A DNA stretch of 64,000 nt. It comes from an uncultured Alphaproteobacteria bacterium. GTDB taxonomy: Bacteria; Pseudomonadota; Alphaproteobacteria; Sphingomonadales; Sphingomonadaceae. Shown piece by piece: positions 45,930-56,006 of this stretch (positions are counted from its first letter, which is position 1; each line of letters begins with the position of its first letter). The translations under genes were made by a program, and so were the position numbers. Location: assembly GCA_963839145.1 (NCBI GenBank), contig CAWITR010000003.1:73306-137305 (forward strand), given 5' to 3'. Under the pieces are notes generated by a model that ran no database searches, was not told where the DNA came from, and saw nothing but the letters and a program-made list of their open reading frames with translations.

Positions 45930-48900
45930 TCAGCCCTCCAGCGACGCCATCAAAGTGGCGTTGCCGCCGGCGGCAGTCGTGTCGATGCAGGTCACTCGCT
46001 CGGTGGCGAACCGGGCGACATAGTGCGGCCCGCCGGCTTTCGGGCCCGTTCCGGACAATCCTTCGCCTCCGAACGGCTGGCTTTCGACCACAGCGCCGAT
46101 CTGGTTACGGTTCACGTAGAGATTGCCGACCCGAGCGTTCTGCTCGACGAAGTCGGCGGTCGTCTCGACGCGGCTCTGAAGGCCCAGAGTGAGCCCGTAG
46201 CCGGTCGAGTTGATCTCATCGATGACTTCGCCAAGCCGGCCCGATTTCCATCGCAGCACATGCAGGATCGGCCCGAAATTTTCCTGGGTCAGCTGTTTCA
46301 AGCTGTCGATCTCGTAAATGGCTGGAGCAACGAAGAAACCGTGCGCATCGAGATCGTCCGGAATGTCCGCCCGAGCCACTTTGCGGGCGTGGAGATCGAG
46401 CCAGTCGAGGTGGCGCCGAAGCGCCTGCCTCGCCGCCGAGTCGATCACCGGCCCCACATCCGTGGCGATGTTGCGCGGGTCTCCGACGGTCAGCGCTTCC
46501 ATCGCGCCGGCAATCATACGGATCATGTCGTCAGCGACGTCGTCCTGCACGAACAGCACCCGAAGAGCCGAGCAGCGCTGTCCCGCACTCTGGAAGCTGG
46601 ATGCGACCACGTCTCGAGCAACCTGCTCGGGCAGCGCGGACGAATCGACGATCATCGCGTTCTGGCCGCCGGTTTCGGCGATGAAGGGGATAATCGGCCC
46701 GTCCGGCCTTTCGGCGAGGCTCCGCGCGATCAGCCGCGCCGTGTCGGTCGAGCCGGTGAATGCAACGCCCTGAGGTCAGCGGATGCGACGTCAGCATCGC
46801 GCCGACCTTGCCGTTTCCAGGCACCAGCTGGACGACGGAGCGCGGAATGCCGGCCTTGTGCATCAGCTCGATCGCAAGGCCGCCGATCAGCGGAGTCTGC
46901 TCGGCGGGCTTCGCCATGACCGCATTGCCGGCCGCCAGCGCGGCGGCAACCGGGCCGGTAAATATCGCAAGCGGGAAATTCCACGGGCTGATGCAGGTCC
47001 ACACGCCGCGCCCGTGGAGGCGAAGCTGGTTGAGCTCTCCGGTGGGCCCGGGAAGCGGCTGCGGAGCGGAAAACTGGCGGCGCGCTTCGGACGCATAGTA
47101 GCGCAGGAAGTCCACGGCTTCGCGCACTTCGAGCACGGCGTCCGGAAGCGTTTTTCCGGCTTCGCGAATGCACAGCGAGAAAAAGGTCTCGCGGTTTGCC
47201 TCGAACAGATCGGCGGTCCTGTCGAGCAGCTCTGCGCGCGCGTTTCCGCCCAATCTATCCCACGCCGGCTGGGCAGCGGACGCCGCCGCCATCGCCCGGT
47301 CGATCGCGCCTTCGGTGGCTTCGTGAGCGATCCCGACCTCGATCCGGTCGTCGTAAGGCGAGGTGATCCTTCGGACCGGGTGCTCCCCTCTCGAGCGTTC
47401 GGTCGGGGCCGCTTCGTAGCTTCGTGATTCGAGTGCCCGAAGACGCTCCAGCAGCGGCTCGCGAACCAGCGGGTCGGAAAGATCGACGCCGGCGCTGTTG
47501 TGCCGCTCGGGGCCGAAAATGTCCCGCGGCAGCGGAATTGCCGAATTCCGCTTCGGCTCCACCGCGGCAAGCTCGGCAACGGGATCGCCGACGAGCGCGT
47601 CAACGGGCACGTCGTCATCGGCGATTCGATTGACGAAGCTGGAGTTGGCGCCGTTTTCCAGCAACCGCCGCACCAAATAGGCGAGCAGGTCCTTGTGGAC
47701 TCCGACCGGCGCATAGACGCGCACGGGAGTTACAGGATCACCGAGATGCTCCTCGAGCTTCGCAAGCTCCGCGTACAGCTCCTCGCCCATTCCGTGAAGG
47801 CGCTGGAATTCGAAGGGCTGATCGCTCGCCAGCGCCTTGATTTCGCCGATCGTGTTGGCGTTATGCGTCGCGAAAGCCGGATAGATGACGTCGCTGGCGT
47901 CGAGCAGCACCTTGGCGCAGGCGATATAGGAGACGTCGGTCGCAACCTTGCGGGTGAAGACAGCGTAATCGGTCAGCCCGGCGACCTGCGCCGCTTTGAT
48001 TTCCGTGTCCCAGTACGCGCCCTTCACCAGGCGGATCATAAACCGCCGGCGGTGCGCACGTGCGAGGTCAACCGTCCATTCACACAGCGGCCGCGCCCGC
48101 TTCTGATACGCCTGGACGGCAATCCCCAGGCCGCCCCAGCCGTTTTCGAACAGGCTGTCGTCCGCCGCGAGCGCTTCGAACAGGTCCATCTGCAGCTCGA
48201 GACGATCGGCTTCCTCGGCGTCGATTGTCAGGTGAATGTCCGCCGCGCTCGCTCTGGCGGCAAGCTCGCGAAGCACCGGCAGAATGTACGCCTTGGCTTC
48301 CGCTGCGTGGCTCCATTCGTAGCGTGGATGAAGCGCCGACAGCTTAACCGAGATTCCCGGCGATTTGGCGAACCCGCCCTTTGCCTCCTTGGCAATTCGG
48401 TCGACCGCGTTTCGGTAGGAGTCGGCGTATCGCTCTGCATCCGCAAAGGTCCGCGCCGCTTCGCCGAGCATGTCGAAGCTGTGGGTGAGGCCCCGCCTGC
48501 GTTCGGGTGCGGCTCGGCGCAGCGCCTCGTCGACGGTCCGTCCGAAGACGAACTGTCGGCCCAAAATCCGCATCGCCTGCTCGACCGCGGCCCGGATCAC
48601 CGGCTCGCCCAGTCGCCCGACGGCACGGCCGATCGCGGCGCGCCAGTTTGCGGAGCGGTCGTTGGCGTTCTCGAGGACCTTGCCGGTCAGAAGAAGCGAA
48701 AAGGTTGCAGCGTTCACGAAGGCCGAATCGGAGCCGAGCTTTTCCGCCCAGCGCGGCTTCGACAATTTGTCGGCAATCAGCTCGTCGGCGGTATGCGCGT
48801 CCGGAATTCGAAGGAGCGCTTCGGCCACGCACATCAGCGCGATTCCCTCGTCGCTGCCAAGGTCATAGGTGTGCAGGAATGCGTCCAGCCCCGCCGGCTT

Positions 48901-49131
48901 GTGCGCCCGCATGCCCTTGACCAGCGTCCGGGCGATGGAGGTCGCCTCGCTCAGCTGATCGGGCGCGAGCCGCGCCTGCTCGATCCGCTGCCACGCGACT
49001 GCTTCTTCCTCGGGCCTGTAGGCCAGCCGGACGTTGTGGCGATCGATGCTGACGGCGGACGGCCCCGCCGGTTCAGCTACGCGAGCTGCCCGTGGCAATG
49101 CTTGTACTTCTTGCCCGATCCGCACGGGCAC
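45930..49131 (-). pseudogene. putA: Bifunctional proline dehydrogenase / P5C dehydrogenase PutA, frame broken at the CCC run 46768-46770
   Basis: ORF 46531..49131 contains ALMCVAEALLRIPD and the PRODH barrel, up to ...LTSHPLTS. The +1 frame continues GVAFTGSTDTARLIARSLAERPDGPIIPFIAETGGQNAMIVDSS into ORF 45930..46655 (FQSAGQRCSA). The true start is uncertain (ATG 49131 or TTG 49098). Confidence 0.85.
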
Positions 49132-51824
49132 GGCGCGTTGCGGCTGACCGGCGCCGTCGCCGTCTCGCCCTCACCCGGACCGCTTTGGCCCTGCGGTCCG
49201 CCGGCAAATTCGGGACGCGGCATCATCGGCGGCAGGTTCGACAGGATCGCTCCGCTCGCTGCGTCGACGTCGGCGGTATCGTCCTCGCCCGAAAACGGGT
49301 CGATGTGCTGGGTGATGAAATCGGGCAGCGGCGGCGGCGGAGCAGCCTCGATCTGCACGTTCGAGCGCATCAGGACGCGGGTGACTTCCTCGCGGATCGA
49401 CACCAGCAGCCGCTCGAACAGCAGGAAAGCCTCCTGCTTGTATTCGTCAATCGGCTTCTTCTGGGCATAGCTGCGCAAGTGGATGACCTGCCGGAGCGCG
49501 TCGAGCGTCGCCAAATGGTCCTTCCAGTGCTGGTCGAGCGTCTGGATCAAAATCTGTTTCTCGACGTCGGCCCAATGCGCCTTGTCCACCTCGCCCAGCT
49601 TCTCGGCCATATGTTGGTCGGCAAGCGCCTGTAACCGCTCGGAGATCATCTCCTGTTCGACGGCTTCTTCCTGCAGCCACTCGTCCACGGGCGGTTGCAG
49701 GCCGAATACGGCGTCGATGCTCTGCTTCAGCCCGGCCACGTCCCACTGCTCCGGATAGGTTCCAGGCGGGCAATGCGCCAGTACGATCGCGGTGGCAGTC
49801 TCGGCACGCATCTCTTCGATGACATCGCTGACGTCATCTGCGTCCATGATATCGGCGCGCTGCTCGTAGATGACCTTGCGCTGGTCGTTCATCACATCGT
49901 CGAATTCGACGACCTGCTTGCGGATATCGTAGTTGCGCGCCTCGACCTTCTTTTGGGCGGTCTCGATCGCCTTGCTGATCCATGGGCTGACGATCGCCTC
50001 ACCGTCCTCGAGGTTCTTGTTCATCAGCCGCGAGAACATGGTTTGCGGACCGAAAATTCGAAGCAGGTCGTCGTCGAGGCTGAGATAGAATTTCGACAGC
50101 CCGGGGTCGCCCTGCCGGCCCGAACGGCCGCGAAGCTGGTTGTCGATCCGGCGGCTCTCGTGGCGCTCGGTGCCGAGGACGTACAAACCGCCGGCGTCGA
50201 GAACCTTCTGCCTCTCCTCTGCGACTTCGGCCTTGATCCGCTCGATGGCCGCGTCCCGTTCCGGACCCTCAGGCATGCCGGCGAGCTCGTCCTCGATTCG
50301 GAAATCGGCGTTTCCGCCCAGCTGGATGTCGGTGCCGCGGCCGGCCATGTTGGTCGAAACGGTCACTGCACCGGCGCGGCCGGCCTGCGCGACGATATGC
50401 GCTTCGCTCTCGTGAAAGCGAGCATTCAGCACAGAATGCTCGATCTTCTCCTTCTGGAGAAACTCCGCGAGCATCTCCGACTTTTCGATCGAGACGGTGC
50501 CGACAAGGACCGGCTGGCCCAACTCCTGCTTCGCCTTGATCTCCTTGGCGATGGCAGCGAACTTGTCGGTCATGTTCTTGTAAAATTCGTCCTCCTCGTC
50601 CTTGCGCTGGACTGGGACGTTGGTGGGGATGGCCACCACGTTCATCTTGTAGATGTCGAAGAATTCCGGCGCTTCGGTCATCGCCGTCCCGGTCATTCCC
50701 GACAGCTTCGGGTACATCCGGAAGTAGTTCTGGAAGGTGATCGAGGCGAGAGTTTGGTTCTCGGGCTCGATGTAAACGCCTTCCTTCGCCTCGACCGCCT
50801 GGTGAAGCCCGTCGGACCAGCGCCGCCCCTCCATCATTCGCCCGGTGAACTCGTCGATGATGACGACCTTCCCCTCTTTGACGATATAGTCGATGTCCTT
50901 CTTGAACATGACGTTCGCCTTCAGGGCCTGGTTCAGGTGGTGAACGACCTGCGTGTTGGCGATGTCGTAGAGGTTGCGGCCTTCGATCAGCCCCGCGTCC
51001 TCCAGCATCCGCTCTGCTTTTTCGGTACCGTCCTCGGTCAGGACCACCGATTTCTGCTTCTCGTCCTTCTCATAGTCCTCGGGCGCGAAGCTCTTCACGA
51101 TCGCGTCGACCGAAATGTACAGGTCGGACTTGTCGTCCGTCGGGCCAGAGATGATCAGCGGCGTCCGGGCTTCATCGATGAGGATCGAGTCCACCTCGTC
51201 GACAATCGCGAAATTGAACGGCCTCTGCACCATTTGCTCGCGCGTGAACTTCATGTTGTCGCGCAGGTAGTCGAAACCGAACTCGTTGTTTGTCCCGTAG
51301 GTTATGTCGGCTGCATAGGCCGCGCGGCGTTCTTCGTCGGTCAGGTTGGGAACAATCACGCCAACGGACATGCCGAGGAACGAGTAGATCTGGCCCATCC
51401 AATCGGCGTCGCGCCTGGCGAGATAGTCGTTCACCGTGACGACGTGGACGCCCTTTCCTTCCAGGGCATTCAGATAGACGGCCAGAGTCGCGACAAGGGT
51501 CTTTCCCTCGCCGGTCTTCATCTCGGCGATTTCGCCGCGATGGAGCGCGATTCCGCCGATCATCTGGACGTCGTAATGGCGCTGGCCGAGCGTTCGCTTT
51601 GCCGCTTCGCGAACGGTGGCAAAGGCCTCAGGAAGCAGGTCATCCAGTGATGCACCGTCCGCAAGGCGCTTTCGAAAGACTTCCGTCTGATTGCGAAGCT
51701 CTTCGTCGGTGAGGGCTTCGATACGCGGCTCGAAGGCGTTGATCGCGTCCACATACTTGCCGAGGCCGCGGACATAGCGGTCGTTTGCCGATCCGAAGAT
51801 GCTCTTTGCCAGTGAGGCGAACAT
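49077..51824 (-). CDS. secA: Preprotein translocase ATPase SecA
   Basis: [12 protein letters not shown]..., [27 protein letters not shown], and the C-terminal zinc finger [14 protein letters not shown]. Confidence 0.97.
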   Translation of the reverse strand: MFASLAKSIFGSANDRYVRGLGKYVDAINAFEPRIEALTDEELRNQTEVFRKRLADGASLDDLLPEAFATVREAAKRTLGQRHYDVQMIGGIALHRGEIAEMKTGEGKTLVATLAVYLNALEGKGVHVVTVNDYLARRDADWMGQIYSFLGMSVGVIVPNLTDEERRAAYAADITYGTNNEFGFDYLRDNMKFTREQMVQRPFNFAIVDEVDSILIDEARTPLIISGPTDDKSDLYISVDAIVKSFAPEDYEKDEKQKSVVLTEDGTEKAERMLEDAGLIEGRNLYDIANTQVVHHLNQALKANVMFKKDIDYIVKEGKVVIIDEFTGRMMEGRRWSDGLHQAVEAKEGVYIEPENQTLASITFQNYFRMYPKLSGMTGTAMTEAPEFFDIYKMNVVAIPTNVPVQRKDEEDEFYKNMTDKFAAIAKEIKAKQELGQPVLVGTVSIEKSEMLAEFLQKEKIEHSVLNARFHESEAHIVAQAGRAGAVTVSTNMAGRGTDIQLGGNADFRIEDELAGMPEGPERDAAIERIKAEVAEERQKVLDAGGLYVLGTERHESRRIDNQLRGRSGRQGDPGLSKFYLSLDDDLLRIFGPQTMFSRLMNKNLEDGEAIVSPWISKAIETAQKKVEARNYDIRKQVVEFDDVMNDQRKVIYEQRADIMDADDVSDVIEEMRAETATAIVLAHCPPGTYPEQWDVAGLKQSIDAVFGLQPPVDEWLQEEAVEQEMISERLQALADQHMAEKLGEVDKAHWADVEKQILIQTLDQHWKDHLATLDALRQVIHLRSYAQKKPIDEYKQEAFLLFERLLVSIREEVTRVLMRSNVQIEAAPPPPLPDFITQHIDPFSGEDDTADVDAASGAILSNLPPMMPRPEFAGGPQGQSGPGEGETATAPVSRNAPCPCGSGKKYKHCHGQLA

Positions 51825-52002
51825 GGAAATCCCTTAAATGCTCCGGGCGCGAGGTGAAACAGCGGCGAGTCCGTGCCCGCGCGCGAGCGTTGCGCCCGGC
51901 GATGTAGGAATGGCGCGAAGTCTTAGTCAAACGAAGAGGCGATGGGGCTCAGCGGCACCGAGCCAGCGAGTGAATTGGTCGATGCCGCGGTGAGCGAAAA
52001 AG

Positions 52003-52323
52003 CTAGAGGTTGCCCTCGAGCCACTGCTGGATGTGACTGCGTGGCGCGGCGCCGACTTTTTGAGCCACCGGCTGGCCATCTTTGAACAGGAGCATAGTCG
52101 GGATTCCGCGCACTCCGTAACGGGCTGGAATATCTGGGTTTTCGTCGATGTTGAGCTTGGCCACGGTGACTTTTCCGTCAAGCTCGTTCGAAATTTCGTC
52201 CAGTGCCGGTGCAATCATCCGGCACGGCCCGCACCATTCGGCCCAGAAGTCCACAAGCACCGGACCCGATGCGCCCAGTACATCGCTCTGAAAGCTCTGG
52301 TCGGTGACTGTCTTGGTGGCCAT
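52003..52323 (-). CDS. trxA: Thioredoxin
   Basis: Start [11 protein letters not shown]. Active site WAEWCGPC. Confidence 0.93.
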   Translation of the reverse strand: MATKTVTDQSFQSDVLGASGPVLVDFWAEWCGPCRMIAPALDEISNELDGKVTVAKLNIDENPDIPARYGVRGIPTMLLFKDGQPVAQKVGAAPRSHIQQWLEGNL

Positions 52324-52381
52324 GGCGTCTAGTCTCCTTGGATTCGATTCCTTCGTCATATGGGCAGCGGGCCCGCGCCGC

Positions 52382-55300
52382 TCAACTCCCCAAGGCGAAA
52401 ATTCGAGCCGTGGCGGTGTAGAGCAGCGATGCCTCGACCGCGCGGTCGGGGAAGATCACCGAAAGGGCGTCGCAGTAAGCCTCCATCTGTAGCCGGTGCG
52501 CCTGCGGAATCTTGTCTGGGTGTTGGGGCGCTCGACCGGTTTTGTAGTCGACGACGAGAACCCGGCGGGGCTCCACCACCAGCCGGTCGACCGTCCCGGC
52601 AATCACCCGCCCGTCGGGCAATGCCGCCGCGATCGACGCTTCGGCCAGCGAGCCGGGGCCGAACAGGGCCGAAAAGCGGCTGTCGCCGATCAAATCGCAT
52701 ACGGTCCGGGCAATCTCCGCCCGCGCTCCCGCGTCCGCTATGCCCCCCGACTTTTCCAGCCAGCGAAGCGCCGCCTGTTCCCTCTTCTCCGGGGCGACGT
52801 CGGGAAGACGCTCCAAAAGCGCGTGGATCAGAGTCCCCCTTTCCGCTGCAGCTTTCATCTGCGGAGACGGCGGCGGCGATGCCTCGCGGTCCTCGGCGAG
52901 CGCTGACGGCGCAAGGGGCCGCGGCGGTTTCGATTCCGGCGGAGCGGATGTCTTTGCCCATTGCGGGAGTTCGGGAGGTGGCGGCTGCGCCTGTCGCATC
53001 CTCGCTTGAACCGGCTTGGTGGCAACATCTCCACGATAGGCCAAAACGGATCCCCAGCGGTCGTCCTCCGCCCAATCCGAGCCGAGCGACTGCAGCGCTC
53101 GCTCCACGCGGATGTGCCAGCAATTGTCGGCGCGCTCGCCCTTGTCGAGGCCGGCAATGACGAGACGATCGATCGCGCGGGTCATTCCGACGTAGAGCAG
53201 GCGCCAGTGCTCGTGCAGGTCGAGTTGTTCGGCCCCGGCAATCACTTCGGCGAAGGGCGAGCATTGCTCTGATTTGCGCGGGCGGATTACCGGCACCGGC
53301 TGCCCCTGAACCGGCATGTCGATGGCCGACTGAGTGCCGCCGACCTTTGTCGGGTCGGCAGTCGAGTCGGCAAGGATCACCACCGGAGCTTCGAGTCCTT
53401 TCGCCCCGTGCACCGTCATCACCCGCACGGCACTGGCCGGCGCCGAGGGGTCGCGCTTGATCTCGACATCGCCGCGGGCGAACCACGCGAGGAACCGCTC
53501 GAGCGACGGCGTTTCGGTCCGCTCGAACTCGAGCGCGCTCGCTAGCAGCTCGTCAACGGGGTCGCGCGCCGCCAGCCCGAGGCGGGAATAAAGCTTGCGG
53601 CGGCCCGACATGGGACCCGTCAGCACGGTCTCGAGAAATCGGTGCGGGGTCGTGAAATCGGCCATCGCCAGGAGCGATCCGAGCAGCTCGCGGGCATCGG
53701 CGAAGAGGCGCGATTGCGCGGACCTGTCGCGAAGCGCCTGCCAGAGCGGCTTGCCGTCGCGTCCGTACGCAAGTTCGCGGAGCGTTTCCTGGTCCCACCC
53801 GATCAGCGGCGACACTAGCAGGTTGGCGAGGTTGAGATCGTCCAGCGGTTGGACCGCGAACGTGACGGCGGCGAGGAGGTCTCGGACTGCGAGCGGCTTC
53901 TGCAGATGGAGACGGTCGATTCCGGCGACCGGAACGCCCTCCTCGAACAGTCGCGCGACGATCAGCGAGGCAAGTTCTCCGCGGCTCCTGACGAGGACCA
54001 GGATATCTCCCGGACCGATCGGCTGGCCAGTTGAGGGCAACACGGACCCCGAATCCAGCCATTCCCGGACCTGAGTTGCCAGCGTGCCGGCGTAGATCCT
54101 CGCGTCCTCGGTCAGCCAGCCTTCCTCGCCGGCATCATCATCGTCGTCCTCGACCGCGAACGGCTTCCACAACTCGACTGATCCGGGGCGGGTGAAAAAT
54201 GCGCGGTGGCGGTTCGGCTGCTGCGGGAGGCCCATGTTCGGATAGCCGATCTCGTCGATGGTCGCGTCGACGACGTCCAGCACCGCTTGCGAAGAGCGGA
54301 AGCTCGCGTCGATCGACAGCTCGCGATAATCGGGAATCACGATCTCGGATTCTTCGTCGGCCGCTTCCTGGAGCATTTCGCTCTGCTCCCGGACCCAATC
54401 CCGCGCCCGCTTGAACTCCTGCGGGTCGGTTCCCTGGAAGCGGAAAATCGCCTGCTTGAAATCGCCGACCATAAAGATGGTCCGGTGCCTGTCTTCGGCC
54501 GCTCCGGCGCCGGCGAAGAATTCTTCGGCCAGAGCCTGGATGATCTCCCACTGACCGGCGTTGGTGTCCTGCGACTTCGTCGACGAGGATGTGGTCTGTC
54601 CGGCGATCGAGCTTGTAGCGGATCCACTCTCCCATTCCGGGCTTCGAGAGCAGGTCGCGAGTCCAGTCGATGAGGTCGTCGAAATCGGCCACTCCCGCCG
54701 CTCTCGTTGGCCCGCGAATAGGCCTCGGCGAAGGCCTGGCCGGCGCGCAGTCCCGCAGCCATGACGGCTGCCAGGCTGGCGCCGTTCTGGATTGCAAGCA
54801 GTTCGCTTATGGTTTCCGCGAGCTGGTCGCTGTGACGTTTCGTAATTGGGGTCCAGCTTCACCTGCCCCGCCCTGGGCTTGCGACGGTCACTCGACTTGG
54901 TGAAGACAAGCAAGGCGAGATCGGGAAGCGCCGCTGCCCGTTCGTCGCTCGGCAGCGAAAGCCAGCGTTCGACGCGTTCGACCTGCTCGGAGCCTTCTTT
55001 CGTGTTCCAGGCCCGGTTGGTCTCAGCGATCGCGCGGAGCAGGTCGCAATCGAAGCGGTCATCCGAGCAATGCGTCGCAAGGAAATTTTCGACCGACTCC
55101 TCAGGCAGTCCCATCATTCGCCGGAGCTTCGGCTCGAGCTCCTCGGGCGCGCCCAACTGCTTCATCGCAGGCGCCGAATGAGCGCACCGCATGAGATAGC
55201 GGACCGCGTCGTTCTCGCCGAGCCTAAGGCTGAGTTGCTGAACGTCGTCGATAAGGCCTGAGCGTCCGGCCGCCTCGGCATCGGCGAGGAGGTTGGCGAG

Positions 55301-55840
55301 AGTCGCGCGCGCCAGCTCTTGCTCCGCGCGACCTTCGATCGGCTCTAACCCCGGCGAAATGCCTGCCTCCGCCGGAAAACCGGCAAGCAGCGCCTGGGCG
55401 AAGCTGTGGATCGTCTGGATGCGCAGCCCGCCCGGGCAGTCGAGCACTTTCGCGAACAATTGCCGCGCACGCTGCATCATCAGCGGATCATTGGGCTCGC
55501 GAAGCGCGAATAGTTCCTTCCTGAGCTTCTTGTCCGGGAGCCGCACCCACGCCGCCAGCCGGTCGCCGATTCGGTTGGCCATCTCCGACGCGGCGGCCTT
55601 GGTGAAGGTCAGGCACAGGATCGATTCGGGCGAAGCTCCGTGCAGCATCAGCCGGAGCACGCGCGCGGTCAGGACCTGGGTTTTCCCCGTGCCGGCTGAC
55701 GCCGACAGCGACGCATTGGCCGCCGGGTCAGCGGCAAGCGCCTGCTCAATCCCGAGCTCGGGAAGTGCCTTCACCCGCTCGCTCACAGCGCCTGCCCTTC
55801 CCATCCGCGGACGAGGCCCATAGATGGGCGGCTGGACCAC
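52382..55840 (-). CDS. addA: Double-strand break repair helicase AddA (alphaproteobacterial type); contains three compensating +1 frame breaks
   Basis: SASAGTGKT Walker A, UvrD-type motifs and a C-terminal nuclease region. About 85 codons (roughly 54575-54840) are read out of frame in the long ORF. The correct sequence lies in ORFs 54337..54762 and 54138..54797. Confidence 0.85.
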   Translation of the reverse strand: MVQPPIYGPRPRMGRAGAVSERVKALPELGIEQALAADPAANASLSASAGTGKTQVLTARVLRLMLHGASPESILCLTFTKAAASEMANRIGDRLAAWVRLPDKKLRKELFALREPNDPLMMQRARQLFAKVLDCPGGLRIQTIHSFAQALLAGFPAEAGISPGLEPIEGRAEQELARATLANLLADAEAAGRSGLIDDVQQLSLRLGENDAVRYLMRCAHSAPAMKQLGAPEELEPKLRRMMGLPEESVENFLATHCSDDRFDCDLLRAIAETNRAWNTKEGSEQVERVERWLSLPSDERAAALPDLALLVFTKSSDRRKPRAGQVKLDPNYETSQRPARGNHKRTACNPERRQPGSRHGCGTARRPGLRRGLFAGQRERREWPISTTSSTGLATCSRSPEWESGSATSSIAGQTTSSSTKSQDTNAGQWEIIQALAEEFFAGAGAAEDRHRTIFMVGDFKQAIFRFQGTDPQEFKRARDWVREQSEMLQEAADEESEIVIPDYRELSIDASFRSSQAVLDVVDATIDEIGYPNMGLPQQPNRHRAFFTRPGSVELWKPFAVEDDDDDAGEEGWLTEDARIYAGTLATQVREWLDSGSVLPSTGQPIGPGDILVLVRSRGELASLIVARLFEEGVPVAGIDRLHLQKPLAVRDLLAAVTFAVQPLDDLNLANLLVSPLIGWDQETLRELAYGRDGKPLWQALRDRSAQSRLFADARELLGSLLAMADFTTPHRFLETVLTGPMSGRRKLYSRLGLAARDPVDELLASALEFERTETPSLERFLAWFARGDVEIKRDPSAPASAVRVMTVHGAKGLEAPVVILADSTADPTKVGGTQSAIDMPVQGQPVPVIRPRKSEQCSPFAEVIAGAEQLDLHEHWRLLYVGMTRAIDRLVIAGLDKGERADNCWHIRVERALQSLGSDWAEDDRWGSVLAYRGDVATKPVQARMRQAQPPPPELPQWAKTSAPPESKPPRPLAPSALAEDREASPPPSPQMKAAAERGTLIHALLERLPDVAPEKREQAALRWLEKSGGIADAGARAEIARTVCDLIGDSRFSALFGPGSLAEASIAAALPDGRVIAGTVDRLVVEPRRVLVVDYKTGRAPQHPDKIPQAHRLQMEAYCDALSVIFPDRAVEASLLYTATARIFALGS

Positions 55841-55857
55841 GAGTTGAGGGCAGGACG

Positions 55858-56001
55858 ATGAGCGACCGCGACGATGACAGGCAGAACGAGGAGCGGCGCG
55901 CCAAGTTCGTCAAGGCGGGCGTCGCCGTAGGAATCGGATCCGCGGCAATCGTCGCCGCGCTGCTCTACGCGTCCAACGTGAAGAAGAAGCCGAAGCGGTA
56001 G
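55858..56001 (+). CDS. Possible 47-aa tail-anchored membrane protein
   Basis: MSDRDDDRQNEERRAKFVKAGVAVGIGSAAIVAALLYASNVKKKPKR has one transmembrane helix, GC-rich third codon positions and a purine-rich stretch before the ATG. It fills the addB-addA gap on the opposite strand. Confidence 0.35.
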   Translation: MSDRDDDRQNEERRAKFVKAGVAVGIGSAAIVAALLYASNVKKKPKR

Positions 56002-56006
56002 GCGGC

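Noticed and set aside
45785-45930. A possible genomic island or integrative element at tRNA-Asn (and at ssrA, 7010..7357), since both are classic integration sites.
   Set aside because: There is no integrase and no direct repeat of the tRNA or tmRNA 3' end. I saw no compositional shift by eye, and the flanking genes are core housekeeping.
51825-52002. The 178-nt secA leader with a possible CCGGGCGC...GCGCCCGG long-range stem, considered as a riboswitch or sRNA.
   Set aside because: It matches no known riboswitch core that I can recognise. A single GC stem in GC-rich DNA is weak evidence.
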